Positions 41,400-53,124 of a stretch of 64,000 nt of DNA are shown here, piece after piece. This DNA comes from Marsupella aquatica (lineage: Eukaryota; Plantae; Marchantiophyta). The position numbers and the translations under genes were made by a program. Every line of letters begins with the position of its first letter. The stretch's first letter is position 1. Location: assembly GCA_973895155.1 (NCBI GenBank), contig OZ316891.1:16891651-16955650 (forward strand). The letters run 5' to 3'. Under the pieces are notes generated by a model. That model ran no database searches. It was given only the letters and a program-made list of their open reading frames with translations, and was not told the DNA's origin.

Positions 41400-42174
41400 C
41401 TCGGATTCTGGCTCAACTTAGGCTAGGTTAGCGGATAGCGGATAGCGGGTAGTGGCCTAACCCGATACCACGGGTTAACTCTACTCGGGTTAGATAGGAT
41501 AGCTAGGTTAGCCAAACTCGGGTTAGCTATGTAACTCGGGTTAGCGCAGCAGTGAGTACCCCCTCTCGGTTGCGGGGGCATAACTCTCTGTGTATTAGAC
41601 CAAATCGGCTATAATTGACCTCGTTGGAAAGAGGAGCTCAAGCCGCTTCCAACGCTGCTATCCACGCAGAAAATGGTTGAATAGAGAAATCGGGAGAGGA
41701 GACGCAAGCTCGCAAAAACCATGGAGGAGGGCCGAATCCGAAGTACATAGCCAATTCGAGATAGAAATAAAGTTGCGAGTTAGGGTTCAGTAGTTAGAGA
41801 TAGTGGCGGCTCTGTTAGGGCTGGGATGGGGCTCCAGCAGCATAGTATCCACCCATTTGGGCTCAGTATGAGAGTATATAGAGCAGCCCCCGGTAGAGGC
41901 AAGGGGGGGGGGACTTCAGTTGTGTGATCTCACTTAGACTGAGCAACAAGGAGGAGCTCTGTGCAAGCAAGGCTGGACTTGGACGCTGCATGTTGGGGAG
42001 AGCTTGGTTGTGCTATTACTCAGGGAGTAATCAGCCAAGCTTCACAGCAACGGGTTGCTAGGTTTGCGAGCTAGATTGTGGCTCTTTCTAGTGGGCAGCA
42101 CAACTGGGTTCTTTTCCCCCGATACAGAGCCTTGGTGATAGGTGATGTATTGGTGATTGTAAACTGTGGGGAGG

Positions 42175-45100
42175 TGTGATGCCTAGACAGGAATCACTCG
42201 GCCGGTTAAGTGGGTAAAGCAGGAAGGCACCCTAGGAACACCTTAGTATAGGGACAAAACAAGGAAAATATAAACAATTAGGGGCAACCATGGAACCCGG
42301 GCCGAGGCTGGAGGTAAGGCTAAGGGTGAAAACCCGATTAGGGTTAGGGCGCGTTAAGCGTCGGCGGCTAGGAAGGATCAACGGGAAGAAGGACCGGCAG
42401 AGGAGAGGGGTAAGGAGCGCTTGCAGGAGATGGTGGCTCATTTGCGAGCACGAACTAGGCAGACGACTACGGGAGGCCAACTACTGTCAGCTGCTTAGGC
42501 AAGCACTCGGGGAGAGAGTAGATACCGACGATCGACCTAAGGAGGGTATGAGCAACGTCAATCAAGCGGCACATTTCTGGGGATGCCTGTTCGAACGGGC
42601 AACTGAGTACATCAAGACTTACGAGGACGAGGAGTCAGAAAGGGCAGCTCGAGAACGGCAGGAGCTCGCTCGATTGTGGGAGCTGCAGAAGACGGCTTTC
42701 TTAGGAGGCGAACTCATCAAGGACGAGTTCCTGTGGACGCCTACTTCCAATCAACTCGACGATCTTCTGTTTTGCAAAGACAGCGTCGTCGGCATCCGAG
42801 AGGCCATCAAGAACTGCAACGACATACACTGGGAATTAAAGGGTAGCACGGAAAGGTGGACCCGGGCAACGGTGCTAGGAGAAACCTCCACGGCAGCAGA
42901 GATGAAGAGGAAGGGAGCCGTCAACGATGAAGCCACCCCGGCAAAAAGAACGAGGTCGGCGGCACCAAAGAAGCCAGCCGAGCAGCAGAGTAGGAGGCAG
43001 GGAGAAGCCGAAGAGGAGGAGGTCGATCCCATCAAGGCCATTCCAACCAGGGATGACACCTGGAAGGGCTGGGCGGCAACCCTACCGGTGGAGGTGCAAC
43101 TACATTTTGCACGGGAGGAGGATGCATGCTTTACGGCCATGCAGACCAAGAAGTACCAAGGCTTCATGGCCGGATCCGGCTTGGAGGCCTTTGTAAGATT
43201 ACCATGGCTGAAGCCGGAGGTACCGGAGTCAGACCTATTAGAATTCGTGGGGTCATGGGAACCCGAGACCAATTGCACGAGGATATATGGGAAGGATTTC
43301 TATCTTACTCCCAAGGTAATTGCCGAAGTGTTTGGCTTGCCGATAGGCAATAAGACCAAAGTTGATACCAGGAAGACCTTGCCTGACAAGGAGTTCCGGT
43401 CGTTCCCCGGGCCATCAACGAAGAATGGCTTCTTCCGGAACACCTGCACCAACCCGCACATAGGAGAGATGATCGACTTCTTGCGGGTGACCATGCATTG
43501 TAACTTGCCGAGGGCAGAGATCGGCAAGGCACAGGTCTATCTGGCAGAAAGGCCAGACCCAAGCCGGGACTACAACGGGTACCTCCTCAACCAATTGAAG
43601 AAGATCTTAAAGGAGGAGCAGCAGGTAATCGGCATGGGGAGCGTGTCGCGGCTTGGCTATCACATGCCGCTGTTGTGCCGGTATGCCAGAGGTCAGACTT
43701 TTGCCCCGGTACTTCCCCTGCAGGTAAGGGCACCCGAGGAAGCTCCAACGCCGAGGCCGTTGGCTGAGAAGCCTCAACCACCTGTTAGTCCTACGATCGA
43801 GCAGGTGTTTAGGCCCAGGAAGGAGGACTTGCCGATGCAGCAACCAGGCATGCAGAGTCTGCTGAAACTACTGGAGAAAGAAAAGAAATCGGCATCGGCA
43901 ACAACAACGGCAACGGCAACAATGCAGGACACTACTACAGAGGTAGGCCTACACCGGCTCACAAGAGAAAACCCCTTTGCTGGAGACAAGGAGAGAATCA
44001 GGCCGGAATCCAAGCCAGGTGTTCGAATGTACGTGGGAACCTCAAGCTCCGAATCTGAGGCAGAATTGCCTGAAGCTCCTACCGACAAAGAGGAGAGGGA
44101 GAAGCCGGACGTCCAAGAGGTAGAGGAGGCAGTGGAGGACTGCAGCCATGATAATTCCGGCTATGGGTCGGACCATCACGTTCCAGGAGTAAGGACCTGT
44201 GGCCGGTTTGTCCCCACACTTCCAAGGGTAGTGCGAGGGGACCCCAACCAGCAGAGTAGCCCTGAGTCTCCCCCACCAGATGTTGCTCCCCCGAGCTTCG
44301 ACGGCATAAAACAGACGGTGCAGGAATTTCAGGAGCGAATCAAGCAGGAGGAAGAGGCCGCCCTGGCTAAGGAAAAGGATTTACCAGGAGGAGATTGGCC
44401 GGAGGACATCAGGCGGCTAGCCGAAAAAGGAAGCAAACCTCTAGCCACGATTGAAGAGATCCGCAGGATGGCGTGGGAGCAGAGGCCACGATGGGCGATG
44501 CCGATCACTTCTACTTACTCCACCTACGCTAAGAATAGAGCCATGGAGTATGGTGAGATGTGTGGGGAACTTGCGCTCGGCATCTTTGGAGAGGAGTTGG
44601 AGGTAGGACCCTTTTTCCATAGGGAGCAGTTGGAGAAGCACCAATTAGAAGAAGCGGTGGCTTTAGAGAGAAGCAAGAAGGATGAGGTCATTCGGCGGCT
44701 TAGGAGGATGGAAGCCGAGATTGAAGATCTAAGGGCGGCCAAGAAAGCCCAAGATGAACTGCGGATTAAACGACATGAGCTGAACATCATGCAGGGGCAG
44801 TTGGACGCCGCGCAGGCTGATAATCAGAATATCAAGGATAAACTGACTCAGACGCAGGAAGAGTTGGCCGACACGATCAAAGAGAGGGAGAAGTGGAAGC
44901 AAGAGCTGAAGAATACAGAGGAGGCCCACATAACAGCCAACAGCCGGGCTATGGCGGAGACCCAAAGAAAGGAATGGGCGTTGAAAGGGGAGCTCGAGAA
45001 AATCCGCGGAGCCCTTGAGCAGAAGGAGGTCGAGTTAGGGAAATCCTATCAAGGGATTATGGCGCTGCAGCAGGAGCTTGCGTCCCTGACGGCCAGCTTC

Positions 45101-46829
45101 AAGGCCGACCTAAGGGAGAAGGACGAGATGCTCGAACAGACTTACGCCAAGATGAACCAGATGGAGTCTGTCATCATTGCAGAGCTCGACAAGGAGCTAA
45201 GAGCAACCCAGGAGGAGAGGGCTACCTTGAAGAAGGAATTGGAGGAAGCCCACAGGGAGCAGGAGGAGGCCAAAAACGAGCTGGAGGGGGCACGTAAGGA
45301 CCTGGATGAAACCCAAGAGGAGTTGGAGGAAATCACGAGGAAGATGGAGAACCTACAGCGGCGGGCCGACAACCAAACAGAGCGGCTGAAGAAACAAGCC
45401 GCAGTATTTAAATGCTTAGCTGCAGCAGGTCCATCTCCCGTTGGGACAAACCAGTTACCAGGGGTGGTAATTGCCGAAGGACAAGCCGCGTCAACTGCAC
45501 CAGTGCCGGAAGTAAGTGGGAAGGGGAAGGGACCAGCTGCCGAGCCACCAACGAAGAAGAAGCGGAAACCTTCAGGGTCAAGGAGTAATACGACTTCACA
45601 GGCCGTGGTGATCAAGGAGGTAGACCCAGCACCGACCCCAGACAGGGTCACGGCTAAGGATCCAACTACCCTAGGGGAAGGGGAGGCCGAAGCCAAGGGA
45701 GTGGCTGAAGCTGAAGCCGATGGAGTGGCTGAGGCCGAAGCCGTGGGTATTGCCGAGGCCGGTGTCGAGGCTGAAGCCGAAGGTGGACCCAATCAGGCCG
45801 ATGGAGAGTTGACTCGGTCAAGGGCAGGTAATCTGTCAGTAGGCGGGCCAACGGCAGTGGCTGAGGAGGAAGTGTTGGGGGCGTCCATTGAGGATCCACC
45901 ACCGGTGTCGTGACGGTGCAAGGGCGCCGTTCCTTTTAGGGAGGGCGGACGTGGAGGGAGGAGGCATGAGTGGGCAGGGCGGGCGCGGATCTCCACGTTT
46001 AGGATTAGGATCAGAACCAGGAGCGGCCCTGACACTTAGCTTAGTGGGATTGCGGTCCCACTGGTAGGAGCAACACTTGTGCTCCTGCCTTGCTGTACAT
46101 AGGTAGATTCGGGCAAGTAGATTACTGTCAGGTAGATTAGGCTTACGATGCAAAGAATGGCGGATCCACTACCAGGATAAGTACCTGGGCAGCGGGGAGC
46201 TCAGGGCCTCTTCTTTAGCAAGTTTTTAGTTTGCACCAGCTGGGCTGGGATCAAGTAGTACGAGAAGCTCTCGGATAGTCATACAGTGACCCTTGTGTAT
46301 ATTCATGTTTCCTCATGCCTAAGAGCTGAATAGAGTTGGCCTCACGGCTTAGTTCGCAGAACTTGTGTATGAGATGTACTGTTTGTATGGCAAGTGCATG
46401 GTATGACTCAGTCAGAATGAGTCATTTTGCTATTTGTGTGTCGCATTAACTTGTGTGAAGAGTGCCCACATCAACTAACAGTAGGAAGGAAAGTAAGCAG
46501 GGGAGTGAGAGTTGGATGTGTCGAGCTGAGAGAGGTCTTAGCGGCTTAACCAAGCCTATTGGGGATCATTCCGGCGGCGGAATCCAAACATACCTAACAA
46601 GAAGACAGGGGAAGACAGGGGAAGGCCTATATTAGGCCGGCTACGTATCTCATGACCCGATGAAGGATCTGTCCAGTATATGTGTGTAAAATGTTAATAG
46701 TAGTAGTAGAAGGTTAGCAGCGTCCCATGCCGCTAAGCCGCGGAAACGGCCTCACCAAGCACGAAACCTGCGGGAATCGGCTTGAGCTGGGGGGTTTCTT
46801 GGGTTTAGGGAGCCATGGGACGCACCACA
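42175..46829 (+). mobile_element. Family A solo LTR (4655 bp)
   Basis: TGTGAT...CACCACA with TSD GGAGG at 42170-42174 and 46830-46834. Confidence 0.96.
42290..45913 (+). CDS. Intact family A LTR-encoded protein (1207 aa) in the solo LTR
   Basis: Open frame. Differs from the A1 copy by a few substitutions and an in-frame 24-bp repeat-unit deletion. Confidence 0.85.
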   Translation: MEPGPRLEVRLRVKTRLGLGRVKRRRLGRINGKKDRQRRGVRSACRRWWLICEHELGRRLREANYCQLLRQALGERVDTDDRPKEGMSNVNQAAHFWGCLFERATEYIKTYEDEESERAARERQELARLWELQKTAFLGGELIKDEFLWTPTSNQLDDLLFCKDSVVGIREAIKNCNDIHWELKGSTERWTRATVLGETSTAAEMKRKGAVNDEATPAKRTRSAAPKKPAEQQSRRQGEAEEEEVDPIKAIPTRDDTWKGWAATLPVEVQLHFAREEDACFTAMQTKKYQGFMAGSGLEAFVRLPWLKPEVPESDLLEFVGSWEPETNCTRIYGKDFYLTPKVIAEVFGLPIGNKTKVDTRKTLPDKEFRSFPGPSTKNGFFRNTCTNPHIGEMIDFLRVTMHCNLPRAEIGKAQVYLAERPDPSRDYNGYLLNQLKKILKEEQQVIGMGSVSRLGYHMPLLCRYARGQTFAPVLPLQVRAPEEAPTPRPLAEKPQPPVSPTIEQVFRPRKEDLPMQQPGMQSLLKLLEKEKKSASATTTATATMQDTTTEVGLHRLTRENPFAGDKERIRPESKPGVRMYVGTSSSESEAELPEAPTDKEEREKPDVQEVEEAVEDCSHDNSGYGSDHHVPGVRTCGRFVPTLPRVVRGDPNQQSSPESPPPDVAPPSFDGIKQTVQEFQERIKQEEEAALAKEKDLPGGDWPEDIRRLAEKGSKPLATIEEIRRMAWEQRPRWAMPITSTYSTYAKNRAMEYGEMCGELALGIFGEELEVGPFFHREQLEKHQLEEAVALERSKKDEVIRRLRRMEAEIEDLRAAKKAQDELRIKRHELNIMQGQLDAAQADNQNIKDKLTQTQEELADTIKEREKWKQELKNTEEAHITANSRAMAETQRKEWALKGELEKIRGALEQKEVELGKSYQGIMALQQELASLTASFKADLREKDEMLEQTYAKMNQMESVIIAELDKELRATQEERATLKKELEEAHREQEEAKNELEGARKDLDETQEELEEITRKMENLQRRADNQTERLKKQAAVFKCLAAAGPSPVGTNQLPGVVIAEGQAASTAPVPEVSGKGKGPAAEPPTKKKRKPSGSRSNTTSQAVVIKEVDPAPTPDRVTAKDPTTLGEGEAEAKGVAEAEADGVAEAEAVGIAEAGVEAEAEGGPNQADGELTRSRAGNLSVGGPTAVAEEEVLGASIEDPPPVS

Positions 46830-47954
46830 GGAGGATTTCAATTCGATTTGCGGTGGGCACATTAGCGAGGCTGAGATATTGATTGAGGGGTAGTAGGAGG
46901 AGCATTTATAGTTCAGTCTGGCAAGGCTACGTGATCCATGGGGAGTCCCGGCCTTTGTCTGGTGGAGAGCACTAAGGGATTTATGGCTAGAGCTGAGCTT
47001 GCAGGGCAAGCGTGAGGCCGGGCCTCATTGCACTCTGGGGTAGATCGCTGTTAGGCCTGGTACCAGCTTTGAAGTCGAGTCAACTGTGCATGCGTACTTG
47101 ACATTCTGAAATGGAGGTGTGAGATCTGTACGTGCCCCCAAGAATGAAGTGCAGTGAAGGAGGTTGAGTTCAGGATTGAGTTTGCAAGGCAAGTACGGGA
47201 TTGGTTCGAGTCCAATCTGCCGTCGCAATCTGGAGTGAGCCGGGCTCAGGTTCAGGATTGAGCTTGCAAGGCAAGCACGGGGCTTGCGGGGCAAGCACGT
47301 CGCAATCTGGAGTAGACAGCCTTCGGGACTATTGTTCGAATCAAGTGTTCTCAGTGAACTATTGTGCACATCTTTGAATCTAATTGAGTTTTCCTCTCAG
47401 GCCTAATTTCTCTCATGGATGTGTGTGTGTGTGAGGCAATCTGAGTGTATGATGGAACTAGCAGCGCCACTGAGAGGTGTACCGGGTGCATTGAAGCGGG
47501 TTGGGTGAGGACTATCATAGCTCTGATTGTTGAGAGTGGAATGGCAGAGTGGTGGGGAAATGGCTTAGAAGTCCCTAAGCCGAGAATCAGTCAGGAGTCA
47601 CTGGTTTATGGGTACATTCTGGCGGCGGAATAGAAACATACCTATGACAGTAAGCATATGTATAGACCTATGCGCACCGTAGCGCTAGGCCTTGTGTGTA
47701 CGGGCCTGATATGAAGACCCCTTCTCACCAGAACTATCATGAGCGCAGATCTGATCCCCAACCTTGGTTCCTTGGGATTGAGCTTGGGTGATGTGTGATA
47801 GAGTCTTGCTATGATAGTCTGGTGTTAAGAGCATAAACTGGTGTTTACCGGCATTCACAACATCCCTTCGTGATCCTCAGGTACAAGGAGATGGTTTTGG
47901 CACCCATAGTGACGTTTTTGGTGTTAAGACCCATGTCAATCGCGTGACAACCTT

Positions 47955-49204
47955 CGACTGGGATATGGCTACTCCAACGGCTACTCGGCCTACGACTACC
48001 GATGTACCGCCAAACCAAACCCAGGTCCGTCCGATGAACAACACCGAGTGCTCTTCAGGTTCCGATGGACAAGTTAGTCCGCAGCTCGAGTAGCGTTCTT
48101 GGAAGCGGGCAAGGACGATGCCGGCCCCCGAACCAACCGCACGGACCAACGCCACCCTTGCACCTGCCTCGACCAACCCGCCAACCAACCAGTCCTAACG
48201 GCCCTCGAATAATCAACAGCCCAACTTATTACATATAATCCGCGTCCCCGAGGTAGTCTAGACAGCAATCAAGAAACCCAACCACGCGGACTATCTCAAA
48301 GAGCATCAGTTAGAGTAGTTTTCTCACTTGCTATGGAGGCCTAGCGCAGTTGGGCCAAAGGAGGTGTATGAGTTCATCTCCAACTTTGACATTGATGCGA
48401 CGACCACCAAAGTTTCAGGGCAGACCCTATTGCTTACGGAGTATTGGTTAGCACATATCTTTTGTCTGCCAACCGGGCCTGTGTTGGTTGAACTTCGAAT
48501 TTGGGATAAGGAGTATACACCCCGGCACTTCAAACCCGAGGGTAAGATAGACAATGGGTACAAGCAGGGGTCATGCACCAACTTAGTCTGCATGGAGCGG
48601 CTTAACTTCATACGGACCACCTTGCACATGATCGAGCCACGATCTGAGATCTCCCTCTGTACGATTGTACAGGTGGAATAGTACAAACGGCAGAACTGGG
48701 CCCAATTCTTTTGCGGCAAGTTCTTGGGGGAGCTTAAGCGGGCTCAAGCAGGTATGTCTATCGGGGGAAGAACCTCCTAGGAAGTCACATCGCCATCATC
48801 CTTGCCTGGTACAAGGCACAGCGGGAGGCTAGGGGAAAGAATATGGCCACCTCAGCCCCGACCAGCGTCGCTCCCGCTCCAAAGGAGGCTACCCCGAGTG
48901 AGCGGACTCCCACGCCTTGGGCAAACCCTGAGCCATTGGCCCCAACTAATACTCCGCCACCTCCTCCCCTTGAAATCCCGCCGCCCCCTTCCGTCGAGCC
49001 TCTGCCACCCCCAGTACAACCACCCCCAATCCCTCCACCACCTGAAGAAACTTTCCCCTCCCCAATGCAAACTATGGAGGAGGTCGCCGCCCCGCTCGAG
49101 GAACCACCGGTGCCCGAGAGGATGGAGGACTACCAAGTAGTCCCAGGGACCATGGCCTACGACCTGGTCCAGCAGTTTAGCCAGACTCTATCAGGGGAGC
49201 TAGC
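47955..49204 (+). pseudogene. Relic G, decayed homolog of the LTR-encoded ORF
   Basis: HADYLKEHQLE*FSHLLW...VYEFISNF...LTEYWLAHIFCLPTG...DNGY...C...MERLNFIRTTLHMIEPRSEI aligns with D and A. Several stops, then a Pro-rich linker. Confidence 0.75.
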
Positions 49205-52200
49205 TGTCACTTGCCTCTCCAACGGTTAATACGTGCAAACCGCACTTTTCTTCGCTTAAACCGTTGGTATCGTATTACGGGGTCGTGGAGGGACGCTATT
49301 TGGATTCTTTTCACACCAGGATGAGTATTTTGGTTTCCGCTCCCGGAAATGTAGGTTTTGATCAAGTCTACCGACTACCCTCACCCCACAGCTTTTGATC
49401 AAGTCCTGCCGACTACCCCACTACACCTTCACTCGGAGTCACCCAAAGAGTGCTGTCACCACCCCTACTCACAAGGCCGACTCAAACCAAGCAAGTTTCT
49501 TCAAATCATAGAACGGGAGAACACAATTCGGAAAGCGAAAAAGGGAGAAGGAACACACAACAAAAGCCCATCAAGTCAAATGTACAGATCCATATCTCTT
49601 GGGAAAAACGATACACATTGCATGAGTAACCCGGCCTCCTGCCGTCTACTCAACTCCTGCCTCTCCGGACAATGAGTATGGCTCCCCCTCACTACTCTGA
49701 ACACGCTTTCAAACTCCTCAGGCTCCACTCTATCCCTCCTTGCTAACTTCACACTGAGTCCCCCTAACTACTTCGGGGCTATCCCCCTAAATACTGAAAA
49801 ATCACACCAAAGCACCCCTCACAGGGTCACAACGGTGGCGGCTACCCTAGCGGCGCCGCTAAAACCTTGCACTAAGAGAAATCCTTAAACTGAAGAGGAG
49901 CATGCGGCACACACATGCTGCTAAAACCCTAAACCCAAAACAAGGGGGCCGACGGTGCCTTCGACGGCGCCCCAACAGTACACGTGAACCCTGAAAGTGA
50001 GAGGCACCCCAAAATGGCCGAAACTAGGTGCCCTTCCAAGTGCACACCTGAGCTCACCCCTGGATAGCTCTTCTTTTCCTGCTTCCGAATCACTAAGTCG
50101 CTCCCTCAACGGACTTCAGACGCCTGAGTTATGGCCGTTTCCGTACCGCAAAAACATAAGTTCTCCAGGCCATAACTTGCTCATCCTGGCTCCGTTTGAG
50201 GAGCGCCGCCTCTTGTTGGAATCAGCTCCGCGAGCTCATCCCAACAAGCCCATGAGTGACCCCCCACTAAAATGTTGGAAATCTGGAGGCCGTACACCCA
50301 CGTCCGTACGCCTATCTAATCCTCCTCTTCTTCTTCGCTCTCGGTGCCCGGACTTGTGCCCCGTGAGTGGTCCTCCTCCTCATCACTCACGGGAGTGAGT
50401 GCCACCGTACTTTTCTTCTTCTTCGACGGAGTACTCTTAGTGCTGCTGCTCCCGCGCTTCCTCAAAGCAGCCAAGGCCTGCCACGCCTTGATGTACCCCT
50501 CACCAATTGTGTCCTTCCAGAGGGTAGCCTCTTCTCCGGACCGCAACTCCAACGGTAGAACTTGCCCCGTGGCCATGGGAGTCCCGGGGGTGACAGACCT
50601 GGGTGGCATCCCCGTACTGACCTGAGCCTCCCGTAACGATTTCCGTACCTCCCGGAGCTTCTTCTCCAAGCTCTTACTCTTCTCCTGACTCTTCTTGGCT
50701 CCATCCAACAAGGGTCCATACTTCCCACTAACCTCCTTCACCACCATCTCGATAGCTTGGGAGATCACATCCGGGGAAAGTGTGGAGCCAGGTGTGCCGG
50801 GACTCTTCCGTTTCCCTAGACTCAGGGCCTCACTTCTCTTCGCTCGTGTCTCAAAGGCTGCCACCTGACTCCGTAGTGCTCCCACCTGGTTCCTCCACTC
50901 CATCACTTCTCCAGAATTTTGCTTCTCTTTGGCCAATGCTTGCCTCAACGCTCCTACTTCTTCTGCTTCCTTGGCCTTGGTGGACAAAGCTCCCTTCAAG
51001 TTGGTGATCTCTACGTGAGTTGCATTGATGTGCCTGACCTTCTCATGAATGGTCTGCTCCTTGGTCTTGATCACCTCCTTCAGTGACAGGATGCTCTGCT
51101 CTAACGTCTCTACTTTGACTGTGGCGTGCTTGAGAGACTCCCTCAATGCGTGGACTAGCTTGAGTCCCTCGTGGACTCCCTCTCTGAAATCCCGTAGCTC
51201 TGCCAAGTAAACATCCGGAATGTTGTATTCCAGAGGCTGTTTCGGATCTCCCACGAGTGATTCAAGCCACTCCAATGTGCAATCATCCTCCTGGTTCTCT
51301 TCTTCTCTATTATCCTCCCCACCAGCAGACAATGATTCCTCCGTGAGCTTCCCTAAAACGGTAGTGGCAATACTCCGGATCTCCGTGGTGAGAGATGATC
51401 CCGTGTCTTCATGCCCCGGAGAACCAATCAACCCTTCTGCCCTGGCCAATACAAATGACCCCATCAAATGTACAGCCCCACCTGGTTTCACACTCCCGGG
51501 CTCAGCGGCCAATAGCTTCTTCAATCCGTAGCACCACCATCCGTACACATGGGCTGGGTAGTTCTTGATGTCCATAGCTACCACGAAATGCTCCTCATTC
51601 AGCACTCCGGATTGCACGTTGCCAAGAACCCGTTGATGCACCTTGGCCAGGAAGCCCTTATACTCAACATCCTTGACAGCAGAAAGAGGGATGGCGGTGG
51701 TGGAGGTAGGATTGGTCACCCAAGTGGCCACCATTTTCAACGTGAGTTCTCCCCTGATATTCCGAGGTGTGAATGAGAATTTCTGATTCTCAAGAAACAA
51801 TAGCTTAGCCAACTCCACATGGGGCACTACACGTTTGAGACATTCAAAGTAGATTCCCTCCGTTCGGAACTCCATCCCGGCCTCAATGTCCCAGCTCTTC
51901 CCTGAAGGGATGGTAATCTCCACCTTCATGAATTCTGTAAGCCCGGTGGCTTGGAAAATGTTCCGACAATCCTCCATCACCTTGGTGGAGGTCTTGGGAT
52001 AAATTCGACGAAAAATCTTCCTACCCACCGGTGAGGAACCCGCTGCCAATCCCGTGCTCATCATAACTTCTCTCTCTTCCCTTTCCCGTGTAATCCGAGT
52101 CTCCACGTAGTCACGGTAAGCAGCCTTGTATCTCCGAATGCGTGACGCACTAAACTCTGGTTGATCTAGCATCCATGCATCCCGAAATCAATTTCTCAAT

Positions 52201-53124
52201 CACCAATCCCGTCACCCGTGGCAATGTCAATTCCCTGGCCCGAAACAGCCCCCGTAGCCCGATCACTTAAATTCTCTCAATTTCCCGTCACTACTCCGTG
52301 CGGCCGCCACTAATGCCTGGAAGAATGACGCCAGCAAGCCCCACTAATCCACCATGAAAGAGAGAGCTTCAAAAATAATTAGAATCTGGAGAGAGCTTCC
52401 GGCAAGAGAGAGAAGAACCCCGTTTTTGCTTTCGGCAATGAGAGGGTCGTGCAAAAGGAAGAGGGAAAGAAAAAGGAAGGAAAAAAAATAGAACCGAAAA
52501 AACTCCTGGCGCCTTCGCCATGCGCCCCGGCCCATTTCTCGGGCCTTACCCTTGCGTCCTCCTGCGCGCGGCCCTATGCAGGGCGCGCGGCCATTCCTCC
52601 CGGCTCGCGGGAGGCCCTTCAACTCCCCCCCGCTCGCGTGATCCTCCCAGCTCGCGGGAGGCCCTTTAACTCCCCCCCCCCCGCTCGCTTGCGCTCCTTC
52701 AGCTCGCGGAGCCTCATTAATTGCCCGGGCACGCAGCCCTATGGGCTCGCGAGGCAGCCCCTCTTTCTCTCGGACGGCCACTAATGGGACTCGCCCTCCT
52801 GAGGAGGGATTTATTTAAAAAAAAACCCCCCCCTCTCCTGACTTTGCAATGGGGGTCTCAACAATAGCTCTTGAAGCAAAACGGTAAGTCCTATGGGGCT
52901 GGTCCTGGCTAGTTTCAAGGTCCCAAAATATTTGCCCACTTAGGTCGCCGCAAATCTTAGAACTATTATGAGAGAAAGAATATAAAGTCACCTGGGGCAT
53001 CATCAACCTATAATGACGGAATTAACTAAAAATTAAAAAATGGCTTATTTACATTGACTATTAACAAGGTATCGGCCTTTGCAACCAGTTATGTGTGACT
53101 TCCCGTGACGGGGTACCCGTCACA
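49205..53124 (-). repeat. B2 3' LTR (3920 bp)
   Basis: As B1, but lacking two 47-bp units and one 64-bp unit. Confidence 0.95.
50316..52172 (-). CDS. LTR-encoded 618-aa protein (B2 3' LTR)
   Basis: Intact, with one visible substitution versus B1 (NAAH to NATH). Confidence 0.85.
   Translation of the reverse strand: MLDQPEFSASRIRRYKAAYRDYVETRITREREEREVMMSTGLAAGSSPVGRKIFRRIYPKTSTKVMEDCRNIFQATGLTEFMKVEITIPSGKSWDIEAGMEFRTEGIYFECLKRVVPHVELAKLLFLENQKFSFTPRNIRGELTLKMVATWVTNPTSTTAIPLSAVKDVEYKGFLAKVHQRVLGNVQSGVLNEEHFVVAMDIKNYPAHVYGWWCYGLKKLLAAEPGSVKPGGAVHLMGSFVLARAEGLIGSPGHEDTGSSLTTEIRSIATTVLGKLTEESLSAGGEDNREEENQEDDCTLEWLESLVGDPKQPLEYNIPDVYLAELRDFREGVHEGLKLVHALRESLKHATVKVETLEQSILSLKEVIKTKEQTIHEKVRHINATHVEITNLKGALSTKAKEAEEVGALRQALAKEKQNSGEVMEWRNQVGALRSQVAAFETRAKRSEALSLGKRKSPGTPGSTLSPDVISQAIEMVVKEVSGKYGPLLDGAKKSQEKSKSLEKKLREVRKSLREAQVSTGMPPRSVTPGTPMATGQVLPLELRSGEEATLWKDTIGEGYIKAWQALAALRKRGSSSTKSTPSKKKKSTVALTPVSDEEEDHSRGTSPGTESEEEEED

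Larger units (their letters stand above)
40834..47949 (+). mobile_element. Solo LTR F (about 2.46 kb once the nested A solo LTR is removed), no long ORF
   Basis: TGTGACGC...GCGTGACA ends. TSD ACCTT at 40829-40833 and 47950-47954. Shares two short motifs with the other LTRs. Confidence 0.8.

Noticed and set aside
8928-46829. Segmental duplication or assembly artefact explaining the long repeats
   Set aside because: The repeats have TG...CA ends, PBS/PPT, distinct 5-bp TSDs and copy-specific variants.
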